NCBI GenBank assembly: GCA_020536535.1
Contig: JAHLWZ010000004.1
Coordinates: forward strand, 404,884 to 457,672
From: Pelomyxa schiedti
Lineage: Eukaryota; Protista; Evosea
Length of the DNA: 52,789 bases
Direction of reading: 5' to 3'
The position numbers and the translations under genes are program-made. The notes below the pieces were generated by a model. That model made no database searches. It was not told the origin of the DNA and worked only from the letters and a program-made list of their open reading frames with translations. Of the stretch, positions 22,201 through 32,183 are shown one piece after another. How positions within the stretch are numbered: the stretch's first letter is position 1; each line of letters opens with the position of its first letter.

Positions 22201-22744
22201 TCTCTTTCTAAGAAATGTGTAGAGAAAAGGGGAGATAATAGAATTGGGAATTCGGTACTCTCTTGCCACCACCTTAACCTCCTTTATCGCTGTAGAGGTA
22301 CTTCCTTTCACGTTTCCTTTTCTATTTTAAGTTCCAGTAGGAAAGAAGTGAAGAAGAGAAAAAAGGGTATCTTTTACAATACTGCACTAAATTGAAATAA
22401 AAGTATCACAGTTTAGTGAAATTAAAACCCACACCTCCGATAACTGAGCTGGCAAAGAGCGAAAAAGTTGACGAACTTCCGTTTTGTACAAATTGGAAGG
22501 AGGCAAAGAAAGAATTGTTTCAGTTAAACAGCATTCCTTTTAGGTACTCCTCGCTTCATATTAGTCAGTCATCTTCTAATTTACCTGAAAAAGTGAGAGG
22601 AAGAACTATGGAAGGGCGTACCACTCTACTGTGTATGATTTTTGGGCTCGGGCACCAGCAGAGACGCCTTTACCACCCTTAAACACAAATAATCCCTGTA
22701 ACTGCAAAATTTAACCACAAGTAGTATATTAATAGCTTTTCCCT

Positions 22745-23416
22745 ATGATAGATTGGACCCTAACATTCCCTGAGCAAGTTCCTGTGCGGCACGATCTCTT
22801 TGGCTTCATGCAGGATCAAAATGTCTCAGTAGAACTATTGTGTAAAAAGAAAAGCAGAATGCCAGGCATCCTAGCTCGCCGCAAGAGGGAAACGTTCTCC
22901 AATGCACTTTTCTGTGAAGATTCAGAGCTTAGTATAGCGCCCTGTTGTTCTAGTTCATCATCCAGGGGACTTATGTATTCCCCACTATCTCCCCCATGCA
23001 TGGAGGCGGAGGAGGATTCCTTTTGTGCAGAAGAAGAAATGTACGCACCTCCCATGCGACTCGCTTCACCAGCAGCGTCAGCCGCCGCCGCACCACCACC
23101 ACCACCACCACAAGCAGCAGCAGCACCATCTAAGGCTCTGCCACCCCCAACTACTACGCCGTCGCCTCCTTCTGCAAAACCCCAAAGCGCCAAGGCAGCA
23201 GCACCGCGGGCACAAGAGGACAAGAGGAAGGCCGATAGAAGAGCACGGTGTGAAGAAGAGGTGGAGAATGTAAAGAAGGTAATGAGGGAAAATATTGAGC
23301 ACGTGTTGGAACGAGGAGAGAGGATTGAGTGCCTTCAAGACAAGTCAGCTGATTTGGCATACGCTGGTGCAAGGTTCAAATCACTGTCCTCTCAGAGGTT
23401 ACCCCAATTTTTGTAG
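22745..23416 (+). CDS. R-SNARE (synaptobrevin/VAMP-like SNARE motif) protein apparently lacking a transmembrane anchor
   Basis: C-terminal VENVKKVMRENIEHVLERGERIECLQDKSADLAYAGARFKSLSSQ aligns with VAMP2 [45 protein letters not shown], including the zero-layer Arg. The ORF ends QRLPQFL* with a TAG at 23414-23416 and AATAAA at 23433-23438. The N-terminal 150 aa is low complexity (poly-A/P). Confidence 0.55.
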   Translation: MIDWTLTFPEQVPVRHDLFGFMQDQNVSVELLCKKKSRMPGILARRKRETFSNALFCEDSELSIAPCCSSSSSRGLMYSPLSPPCMEAEEDSFCAEEEMYAPPMRLASPAASAAAAPPPPPPQAAAAPSKALPPPTTTPSPPSAKPQSAKAAAPRAQEDKRKADRRARCEEEVENVKKVMRENIEHVLERGERIECLQDKSADLAYAGARFKSLSSQRLPQFL

Positions 23417-23432
23417 GCACGTTGTCTAACTG

Positions 23433-23438
23433 AATAAA
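23433..23438 (+). promoter_or_regulatory. AATAAA polyadenylation signal
   Basis: 17 nt after the TAG stop of the SNARE-like ORF. Confidence 0.5.
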
Positions 23439-23502
23439 GGTATTGCTGTTCGGCCCCTTCGTATGCGCCGATTTCACTGGCCTGCGATTCTTCTTATTCT
23501 AG

Positions 23503-23906
23503 GAAAAAAGCTGGCTGTTTTATAGCCACTGCTGCATTTGGTACTCCGATGGATACCAGGATAAATGTTTTGCGTTGCTTCAGGTTCGTTGCCCCAAGCA
23601 GGAGAACGAACACTCCTCACCCTTTGTAGAGACACAACTCTGCACAGCCATTGGCTAGGGCGGTCCTTCACTGCCCTTTATTATACACTTTCCCCGCCAG
23701 TTGCCACGTGGCTGACAAAGCACCCTCTAGCCTGCGCACTCACCAGGACGGCTTTCCTTGTACCAGTAGTCCTGTTACTTGAACACTGTGGATACTCCAA
23801 ATGTACGGATGTGGATCACAACAAAGCCGCCAAGCAGACACTCCTCTGGGCTTTGGCGATTTTGTTGGTGCCCTTCCTTCTCATCCTCTCCGTACTCGTT
23901 CTGTGA
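23503..23906 (+). CDS. Small membrane protein carrying a prokaryote-type CFIATAA(Y/F)G domain. Exons about 23503-23583 and 23630-23906 are resolved; a 5' exon is not resolved.
   Basis: Spliced (gttcgt...ttgtag, 46 nt) product reads ..KKAGCFIATAAFGTPMDTRINVLRCFR|DTTLHSHWLGRSFTALYYTLSPPVATWLTKHPLACALTRTAFLVPVVLLLEH...KQTLLWALAILLVPFLLILSVLVL*. The N-terminal 70 aa match, position by position, the CFIATAAYGTP...(I/V)LR.FRD..L....GR.FV..YY..SPP.A..I..HP.L.P..R..L.P.V pattern I recall from archaeal/bacterial secreted-protein C-terminal domains. It ends in a predicted TM helix. No in-frame ATG lies in the exon; an ATG at 23463 (MRRFHWPAILLIL, signal-peptide-like) is in another frame. Confidence 0.5.
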
Positions 23907-24023
23907 CAGTAATTGTATCAAAAGAAAAAAAAAATGCGAATAAGCGAAGGAAATAAGAAAAAACAGGATTTTCTATTAACCTTGCAGTTGCACATAATTA
24001 ATTAAAACCCCTGCAGATCAGAC

Positions 24024-24477
24024 ATGAGCAGCGCCGGGACAACGGGCAGCAGCAAGACACACACAACCACTAAAAAACCACAAGCACTCAAGTCGAAGAC
24101 ACGCAGAAAGAGTGGTGGGCGTGTGGCGAGCGTAAAACGGAATGCAAAGACCAGAAAGGGCGCATCGAAGAAAATGCTGTCAGGCAAGTCCAAAGCGCGG
24201 TCGAAACGAACAGCGTTGAAGAGCGCCCCGGTTCCTCTCGTGGGGAAAGCTGCACTTCAAAAGCGTTTGGATGAGGTGTGCACCACGGTCTTCTTGCCAT
24301 TCAATAAGTAAATGTAACTGTTCTATTTAAGCTCTTGGAGCCTTTCACCCGCAAAAACCGTAAAAGCCGCTCTGCTGACTGGCCGACAGCTTCCAAGGAA
24401 GTTGTAAAACTTCTGGATACCTACAAAACTCCTCAAGGTGGCAATGTCAACGAAAAAAACCAAAAATAACCCTACAA
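24024..24477 (+). CDS. Hypothetical lysine/arginine-rich (basic, probably nuclear) protein, 2 exons
   Basis: ORF 24024-24311 is followed by a gtaaat..tttaag intron and a second exon ending in TAA near 24475. No family is recognised. Confidence 0.3.
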
Positions 24478-24479
24478 CA

Positions 24480-26412
24480 AGCACTTGAAAAAACCGTTGA
24501 TATGATTATCAAGCAAATGGCCACTCAGAGTACAGTCCTTGTTGGTCTCTCTACTTTACTGCAGGAGGTCGAACTCACTCTCTCCTATTTTCCCTCACTT
24601 TTGACCTAAGGTTATGAAAAGATTCCCTCAAATCACACTGACATCTCTGATTACCCGAATGGATTCCCATTTTCCTCTCAAAGCTCCTGCAAAGGTACAC
24701 AAGCTCCCTTTGGGAGGAAAAACCCAATTTGGGTTATTTTTTCTGATTTTACTGACTTTCATAAAAGGAAGAAGGCTCTGACACCTGCATACAATATTCA
24801 AATGCATTGTCTTCCCTTCTCACTGCGTCACTTCCTGTTGTGAGTGAACCTGAAAAAGTGACTGTCTGTATGCAGTTGTTACGAAAACTCGTTCCAAGGT
24901 GGGTTTCAGGGGAGCCTTTTGGGCGAATATCAATGAACTTGATCCAGAAGGTAGCCAAAACAGTAATGCGTGTGTGTGACATGTTGCAGATACCAGAAGC
25001 AGACCTACGTACAATAATTGCGGAACTTGTTCCCTTATTAGTCGTTTCCCAACAATGGTCTATTTATAACCTCCACTTGATGTTAACTCTTGAGCCTTCC
25101 TTCAAGGTTATTGTTTATGTAATTCAATGTCTTTCGTAATAGGATATATTAGGCTGAAGTGCTCAAGTTAAATCCTAGAATTAAATTTATACAAATCAGT
25201 GCCCCAGTTGTACCAAGGCTTCTTTCTTTCTTAAAGGTTGGAAACAAAATGATGATAAATGCTTAACAAAAAACTTAGACAAAAGTTGGACTTGAAGCAA
25301 TAGGCAATCCTCACCTGTGGCAGGCAGTTGTGCGCAGTGCAACTCGGCAAAAAAATTCTCTTGATGTTTTGCACCTTCTCTGGAAAACGTTTGTTGAAGG
25401 CATTCTCTAAGAGTTTGTTCTGGACACTTATGCGAGTCACAGAAAAGCCATTCATCAATGAAAATCGTATCACTCAGGTGCGTCTGACCTTGTCAGCAGC
25501 CGTTTTTTGTTGCTGTTCTCGAGAAATCCTTATCAAATTCCTTGCTGACGGAAAAGTGAAGCTGATCTGTTCCCTTCTTGGGATGCGTGGTTTGCCCCTA
25601 AAGTATTCTTGGTCATGGGTATGCGCTCGAACATACCCCACAATCATCAACACATCAAAAAGTCCCATCAAATGAAAGCATCTCCTGATGCATGTTGCTT
25701 ATTTCTCCAAAATTTTTTGGGATTTGCCCTCAAACCAGAGGGGTATGTTGACCATATGGTTGTTAATCTAATTCAGCTATTTCTAGGGGTACTTCCCTCC
25801 CGAATGCATTATGTGTGAAGGAGCTACTTAAACAGACTCCTAATCAATTTGTTAAGGATTATGTTACTAGTTTAATGAGAACTGTTCTCAGTTCCAGGTG
25901 AGTGGCGTGAAAAGTATTTTCTTTCTCAAATAGTTTACAGAGATAAGAGCCTCACATCCTGGCTCCTTGTTCTTATTGTATCAGGAATAAAAATTCTTGT
26001 AAAAAGAGCTTGTATTGATGAAGACTCGTTATCGTCATACTTGGTTTCCTTTTTTTCCGTGGCACATATTCAGAAACCACTACGTTGTGTTCTACACTTC
26101 TCCCTCATACACTCACACTTTTTAGCCTCAATTTTGTCTCGGTTATCTGGCAAAGCTGAGTGGCTATTTTCTCATAGTGTTACCGAAACTGCCGCCTTTG
26201 GTAGTACTTTAACGGATCTAATAAGCATGCTTGTCAAGTGCAAGCCTCTTACAGAAGGTACAACCCAAATGCAAATGAGAGTGGCTCTCAATCTTCACCG
26301 TAGGGCAGGTGATGTGGAAAGCTGGCATAAACACACTTTACAACTTCATACTGAAATGCAGTTGTATGTCACTCTCCCGGTTGAAGAGGTGGTTACTCAC
26401 AACTTTTTCTAG
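24480..26412 (+). CDS. Hypothetical multi-exon gene or genes with no recognisable homology (ORFs 24807-25139, 25328-25675, 25609-25818, 26041-26412)
   Basis: A series of plus-strand ORFs separated by short GT..AG intervals. Coding status is inferred only from ORF length and context. Confidence 0.2.
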
Positions 26413-26429
26413 TGAACAAAGACATTTGG

Positions 26430-27027
26430 GCTCATGTTCACCTAAAGGAGCGAAGCAAAACCCAATTATGTGAATTGCTTTCTTCTCTCACTGGTCTGTG
26501 GACTGAGGTGGATTATTCCATTGCACTTTGGATGGTTCTAAGAAATTAACAGGCGGAAAATACCACAAATGGTGTCGTTCCAGCGCACTTAGGCTCACTT
26601 TTTCTTTTGTGCAAGTCTCTAATAGTTTATACCTTCAGTAATAGTGCCGCACTAGAACCTCTTCAGGTTGAGATTACCTCTTTACACACCTGAACCAAAA
26701 GATCCTCGACAGTCAACTCTAATAACTCATTTTCAGAAACTAATAGATTCACTAAGCCGCCTACAACCGTTGTTATGTAAAGCAGCACTTCCCAAACTTC
26801 ACACTTATAGTCCTGGTATGTAAGTAAGTTACCTCAGACCATTGTACCCAAATATTCCTAGAAGAAAACGAGAGCTTTTCTTCTTTAACAACGGCTTTCT
26901 TACATATACTGAAACTGAAAAAACCGTGGATCTTGACTCCATCTTTTAAAAGTTTTGAGTAATTGCCCCCCTTTTCTTGAAGCTTTCTGATCAGTACATC
27001 CAGATCAATTTCTCCCTTTATCCCCAC
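26430..27027 (-). CDS. Hypothetical small multi-exon gene (first exon MGIKGEIDLDVLIRKLQEKGGNYSKLLKDGVKIHG...)
   Basis: Minus-strand ORF 27027-26773 plus downstream exon candidates with gtaact/gtaatc donors. No family is recognised. Confidence 0.2.
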
Positions 27028-27053
27028 ATCTAGCGCGGTGTCCCTTATAAATT

Positions 27054-28988
27054 TTGTTACTGGCGTTGGTGGGTATATTGTTACATAGCTCCTTGTTTAC
27101 TCTACCAATAGAAACTGAGGATGCCGACCGATTAAGAAGTGATAGTGATAGTGATGACGATACAGATTTTGGAAGTGACCTGGAAGGGGAGAGTGGCAGC
27201 GAGGAAGCAGATAATGAGGAAATGAGCTTCAACGATTATCGAGCTGTTTGTTTCCCCCCTCTTATGTTTCTCTAATCGACCACAGGCTGCAGATGTAGAA
27301 TTTGATGATGACACAATGTTGGGGCTTGATAAATATTACTCTTCTGTTGTTAAAGGGGGTAAGCCAGAAGGCGAAGAGGACCAACTTGCAGTGGATGAGG
27401 GTACACCTCCCAACACTCGTTTTGTACTCACTTTTTTATTACCTTAGAATGGGAAAGACGCAGAGCCACAAAATACTTAGATTTTCTTCTTCCAGCTAAC
27501 ATGACAAACCCAATGCTCCTCCAATTGGCGTCCGATTTGGGTGACATGGCCCTACAAAGTCAGAAGATGGAAAAAAGTTCCTTGAAGATACTCCATAATA
27601 TCTCCAATTTACTCCTTGGATTCACGCAGTACGCTATTTAAATGACCACAGTCGTCATTAACTGTAGTAAAAGGTTCCCTGTTCTTGAGGACAAAGAAAT
27701 GGTGACGGCTGTCAAAGAGGCAGTTGTGGGATTAACGAAGGCATGTTTACGGGTAGCAAGAGACAACCTCTCCACTCCTGTCCTGGTCACATTTCAGTTT
27801 GCCAGCTACATTTCACGTGTGGTGATGCATTCGGTAAAAAAAGGGGGAGCTGCTGAACCGTTGCTGTCACCTGAAGAAGTGACTGATCTGGAGGAAAAGC
27901 TGGCTCAGCCTATTTTTTCCTATCTATCAAGAGAGCCCAGCAGCTTTGCCCTTTTAAAGACAGTAATCCTCGCGTCGGACATGGGGAGAACCCTCCTAGA
28001 ACTTTGCTCACGTGAACTTTTTGCTGACAAAGAAGCTGACACTCCAAGGTTTTTTTCCTTTAGTTAGTTCCACTACCTCAACCACATATTCAGCACTCAC
28101 TTTAAAACACTGGATCTCTTATGCAAATTACTGGCCACACAAACAGTTTGTATCCAACCTCATTTAATCGCCTTTTGATTTGAATTTTAGTGTACCAATG
28201 CACTTAGTTTGGTGTCTGAAGCAGGTATAATTTCTCTTTGAATGCCGACCAATAAGCTGTTTGCAGCCGCCTATGTGCTTGCTTACTGTAAACGTCTTAA
28301 ACGCAATGATGTGACACCTGTTGTGGCTACTCAAATATTTCACTTACTGAAGTGCTTTCACGCACTTCTTTCAACTTCGTTGGAAACACACTCAAGGGAA
28401 AAGGTTCAATATCCTTTACCAGTTTACCACGGCATTGCATTTTTTGTGTTGCATACCATAAAAACACTCTTCTAATTTCTATGTTAGGTCGTTGAACTCC
28501 TCCCAGAAAACTTGTTATCTGAACTACAAACTGTCAGTAAGAAAATTGCCAAACAAAAAATTGTTCAGATGTGCCGGGTTCTGACCGAGCTCATAACTGG
28601 GTACTTACCCTTACAGGTGACATTAACTTGACTATCTCCTAGAGAAAAACAGCAGAAGACTGAGAAAGTGCGTAGTAAGAAGCCAAAAGACGGGGGTAGT
28701 GGAAAGGAAGCTCCCAACAAAAAGAAACAAGCTCCCACCAAAACTACCAACTCTGCAGAACCTACAACAACAACTACAACAACAACAACAACAACAACAA
28801 CTACGAGTACCACAGCCGGATCCAAACGACCACCCCCATCACCAACAGCAAACACCACAAAGTCGTCCCCCAAAAAGGCCGACCTGACAGTTAAATCAGC
28901 CAAAAAAGCCACCAAGCCATCACCACCAAAGCCCAAACGGACAAAGACCACAACTCAAGCAAACAACAAAGTAAATAAGAAAGTTTAA
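27054..28988 (+). CDS. One or two hypothetical genes. An acidic Ser/Asp/Glu-rich N-terminal region (27054-27420) is followed by a body (27642-28640) and a Lys/Thr-rich C-terminal tail (28668-28988) with a T14 run.
   Basis: Consecutive plus-strand ORFs joined by short introns. ACA/ACT codon repeats at 28770-28810. No confident homology. Confidence 0.3.
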
Positions 28989-29115
28989 CTAGATTCCAAC
29001 CAAAAAAAAGAAACCAAGTCTTTTGGGGGAAAAAATCTGTTTTTACACTTTCTCCAGTACAGTGGGGAAAAAGAAAAAAAAGAGAACAAGGTATGCAGGA
29101 TTGGATGGGAAGGGA

Positions 29116-29952
29116 TTACAACAAGGCACATTTGCCCTTCTTCCTGCCACCACCGCCTCCTGTTGCATTCCTGGCATTGTGTACTATGTCAATTGCACTC
29201 TCAAACAACTCATTTACACCCTGCCTCAGTCTCGCACAGGCCTCGGCGTAATTCACAGCACCACAGCTCCTTCCCAACTCCGCACCTTGTTCTGTTGATA
29301 TTGTTTCTACTTTTCCTGACAACTGGTCGGCAACGGGGTTTTCACGTAAGTCAGTCTTGAGACCAACAAGTATAACCGGGATGTCTAGGTGCCAGGGTAA
29401 GGGGGAAAAAAAAGAGTATTACGGCTTGGATGTACCAGGGCAGTAATGGCGGACTTCGGGAAACCATCTATCCTAGCATAATGTGATTCTCCAGAATGTG
29501 ATGGAAAGGGGATTACCTTGACATTGTCATACGATCTTTTGCTAACAACACTAAAGCATATGAGAGCAATCTGGGTGTCGGGATATCTACCATTGAGAGT
29601 ATCAAAAAAGAAGCGCTATTAGATTTGATTTGTTGATGGAGTGGGTGACTAACGATAAAGGACGGAGTCGATCAAAGTCTTCCTGCCCTGCAGTATCCCA
29701 CAATTCAAGACATATTGGGGCCGACTGAAGTCCAGTTAAAAATACATTCCTATCACAGAGGGGATACGCACGTTTGGTTTATTCACCACTTTCACGTAGT
29801 TCTCAAAGACCTTGATCTCGGTTACTGGCTACGTAGTGAGAAAAAGCAACTACACACAGTGGGGCAATACTTCTCAGGGAACTCATCACGAGCATAGACG
29901 ATCAACAAGCAAGTCTGGGAGAAAAAAAAAGGGTGGTGTGAGGAAAAATGAC

Positions 29953-30031
<79 letters not shown>

Positions 30032-30126
30032 AAAAATGAAGGGAGTGAGAGCGTAGATCTTAGTTGGACCTTGCCGACAGCACCATCACCGACAACGACC
30101 AGTTTGATCCTCTCCTCTGTAGCCAT
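29116..30126 (-). CDS. Rho-family small GTPase (Rac/Rho-like), at least 5 exons
   Basis: Product reads MATEERIKLVVVGDGAVGK|..[68 protein letters not shown]...|DIPVILVGLKTDLRENPVADQLSGKVETISTEQGAELGR..NYAEACARLRQGVNELFESAIDIV...RKKGKCALL*, with Rho insert and CaaX. The first intron (30069 down to 29900) contains the A85 tract. Confidence 0.85.
29945..30029. repeat. Poly-A homopolymer of about 85 nt (poly-T on the Rho gene strand), lying within intron 1 of the Rho GTPase gene
   Basis: Seen directly. Poly-K/poly-F ORFs across it are artefacts. Confidence 0.95.
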
Positions 30127-30572
30127 TTTTTTTTTCTTGAAACCCTCTAAATTTTTTATCCCTTTTCCTTTGAAAAGCGAAAAGTTTTCTGGTTCGAACT
30201 GAGGGTTGATCTCAAGAGAAAAAAAATTCCCTTGTTGCCTGGTCTACAGCCTCCAATTGGTGAGAAACACAATTAGTCTCAATTTTTGCAGTGTGATTGT
30301 TTGTAGTTCTCCATTAGGTACGCCAAAGTGTGTAGGTACGTGCCTGTTGTCTGGGGTGTTTTTACAAGGGATACTGATACTGAAACTGAGTTTCAATTTG
30401 GGGCTGAAAAATCAGGAAAACCCTTGGTGGAAACACAAAGAGTGATACCCTATATCTTGTGTAATGTGTTCTAAGCTTCCGGTTAATCAATGAATATCCA
30501 CTCACAAAATTGTTACAGGAAATGCAATGTGAGCAACACTAGAACCATCAAAATAGTTCATTACTTCCATTT

Positions 30573-31895
30573 CTATTCAGTGGATTGGCACAACAATATA
30601 TACACCGATGTGCTGCAGGGGGGGAAAAAAATTACTCCAAGCACATGACAGTAGTGAAACACACCGCATGCAAATTCTTTATCATAGCTGCCAATTTCCA
30701 TGGATTTACTGCAATGACAGGCGTCTCTGCATTTGGTTGGGTAATGGGTAGAGATTAAGAGGGGAACCTCCTCCAGGGGTCATGATCTGTGTGTGTAAGA
30801 AGAGGAAGTCCGCGTGCTTTCAAAACTGCATTGACCTGGTTTCCATCCACACAGCTGGGGAATTTCAGTGTTTGAAGTTCAAAGGATGAAAAACCTTCCA
30901 GGGGTCAAACCACTGTGCCCAAGAACCTCTGGCATGCGACATGGGTGAAGAGTGAGCTGAATAACTGTTAAAATAACCAAGTAAGAGAAGTCATACTCCG
31001 TGTGTGGCAGCAATTCCAATTAGGTTATCGAGGATTCTTTCTTTTTCTATTAGGGGTGGATCAATGAGTTCTATTCCTGCTTGTGCCATCTGTTTTTTTG
31101 GTTAGTGTGATCTTATATGAAATCGTTTTTACCCTTGGTACAACTGTCTTGTAGGGGATGCAGAATGCAAATGTAATCTTTTTCAGCCCGAGTTTCCCTC
31201 CAGCTTCACATATCTAGTGTGAACTATAAGTATGATTTTAAAAATGTTGGAGAGTACCTGCGAGAAATGAGACAAGTTATCATAAACGGTATCGTCCCCA
31301 TGATTCTTATAGAAAACGATGGGATCAAACCGCAGTGATACACTGCTTGCATTTTAATTTCTCTTGGCATTCAGCGATTCACATAACCTTTCGGGTCCAA
31401 ACAATCTAACAAGTTGAGATAGCTGTTCAAGCCTCTCAGGAAAAGTGCAACGCAATCCCGGTTCCAATATGGAGGGGCTATTCAGAGTAAAGTTGAAGCA
31501 GTGAGCATCATATTGAGCAAGCAAGTTGTGAGTGACTGGATCGTTGAAGCACTGCAACCACTTGGAAAAATCCTTTGACCACCTTTGTTATACCTTGTCA
31601 ATAACAAATTGTGGGTGGGCATCAGGATATGTTATGAATACCACACGAAAGCCCGAACAAATGGGGGTCTGAGTGTCACGGTGGGAGGTGAATACCTCGA
31701 CCTGGTCACAAACCCCTCTTTGATCCTCTCCAAGACCCAGTCCATATAGAACCTGTTTTCATTAAAGGAATTAAGACACAACCAACCCGACTCAATGCAT
31801 TGTGGGATGAAAAATAGGAGCACTAACGCTGGGATGTCAGTCCTTCTTGAGCACGAGATCACTTCCCACGTCTCTTCGGGTTGTTGTGCCATCAC
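30573..31895 (-). CDS. DUF1848-family protein (bacterial/archaeal-type) interrupted by at least 4 spliceosomal introns
   Basis: Spliced product reads MAQQPEETWEVISCSRRTDIPA|FYMDWVLERIKEGFVTRSRYSPPTVTL...AQYDAHCFNFTLNSPSILEPGLRCTFPERLEQLSQLVRLFGPE|..RFDPIVF...|..SCVDGNQVNAVL..|..CRDACHCSKSMEIGSYDKEFACGVFHYCH... This matches the DUF1848 pattern as I recall it (M.IIS.SRRTDIPAFY.EWF.NRIKEGFV ... YYFQFTLT.Y..D.EP..P....R...F..L....G.E.V.WRYDPI ... C.C..S.DIG.Y..C.HGC.YC). Introns include gttagt...aaacag (75 nt) and gttatg...gcaag (42 nt). Confidence 0.65.
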
Positions 31896-32183
31896 CGATA
31901 TTAGTTATATATGAGATTGGAGATAGACTTTGATGGCATGAAATTGGGGGGAGGATCAAAGAAAAACACTGTGTCCTTCATTTCGTCGGTGGAGTTGTGC
32001 TTGAGAAAGATCAAGTAATGAATCCACAAATTTGGTGAGGAAGCCCCAAACCGTTCGTGAGATCACCGCCCTGGTTTATCTTTTCTCGGACTGAAACATT
32101 TTGGGGACTGGACCGGGTTCGCGAAAGACCAAGTTCCTCTCCCCTTCGTTTCCCTTTCTTTTCATCAAACGCCATTCGTCTGG

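Noticed and set aside
23398-23906. Splicing the SNARE motif exon to the downstream TM-helix exon to make a canonical tail-anchored VAMP
   Set aside because: No donor and acceptor combination preserves the frame into the TM-encoding codons. The TM exon instead joins, in frame and with a clean 46-nt intron, to the CFIATAA-domain exon.
29812-30126. ORFs encoding poly-Lys (29812-30039 +) and poly-Phe (part of 29902-30126 -)
   Set aside because: These are translations of the A85 tract. Only the first 19 codons of the minus ORF (MATEERIKLVVVGDGAVGK) are real; they are exon 1 of the Rho GTPase.
30181-30200. tRNA-like ggttcgaac (T-loop-like) motif
   Set aside because: No acceptor stem or anticodon arm can be built around it. 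No tRNA, rRNA or CRISPR-like structures were found anywhere in the window.
30700-31090. Apparent separate small gene MAQAGIELIDPPLIEKERILDNLIGIAATHG.. downstream of the DUF1848 exons
   Set aside because: Its continuation (..SCVDGNQVNAVLK.., then the Cys-rich CxC..S.EIG block) fits the C-terminal half of DUF1848 proteins. I therefore merged it into the DUF1848 gene (30573-31895) rather than calling a new gene.
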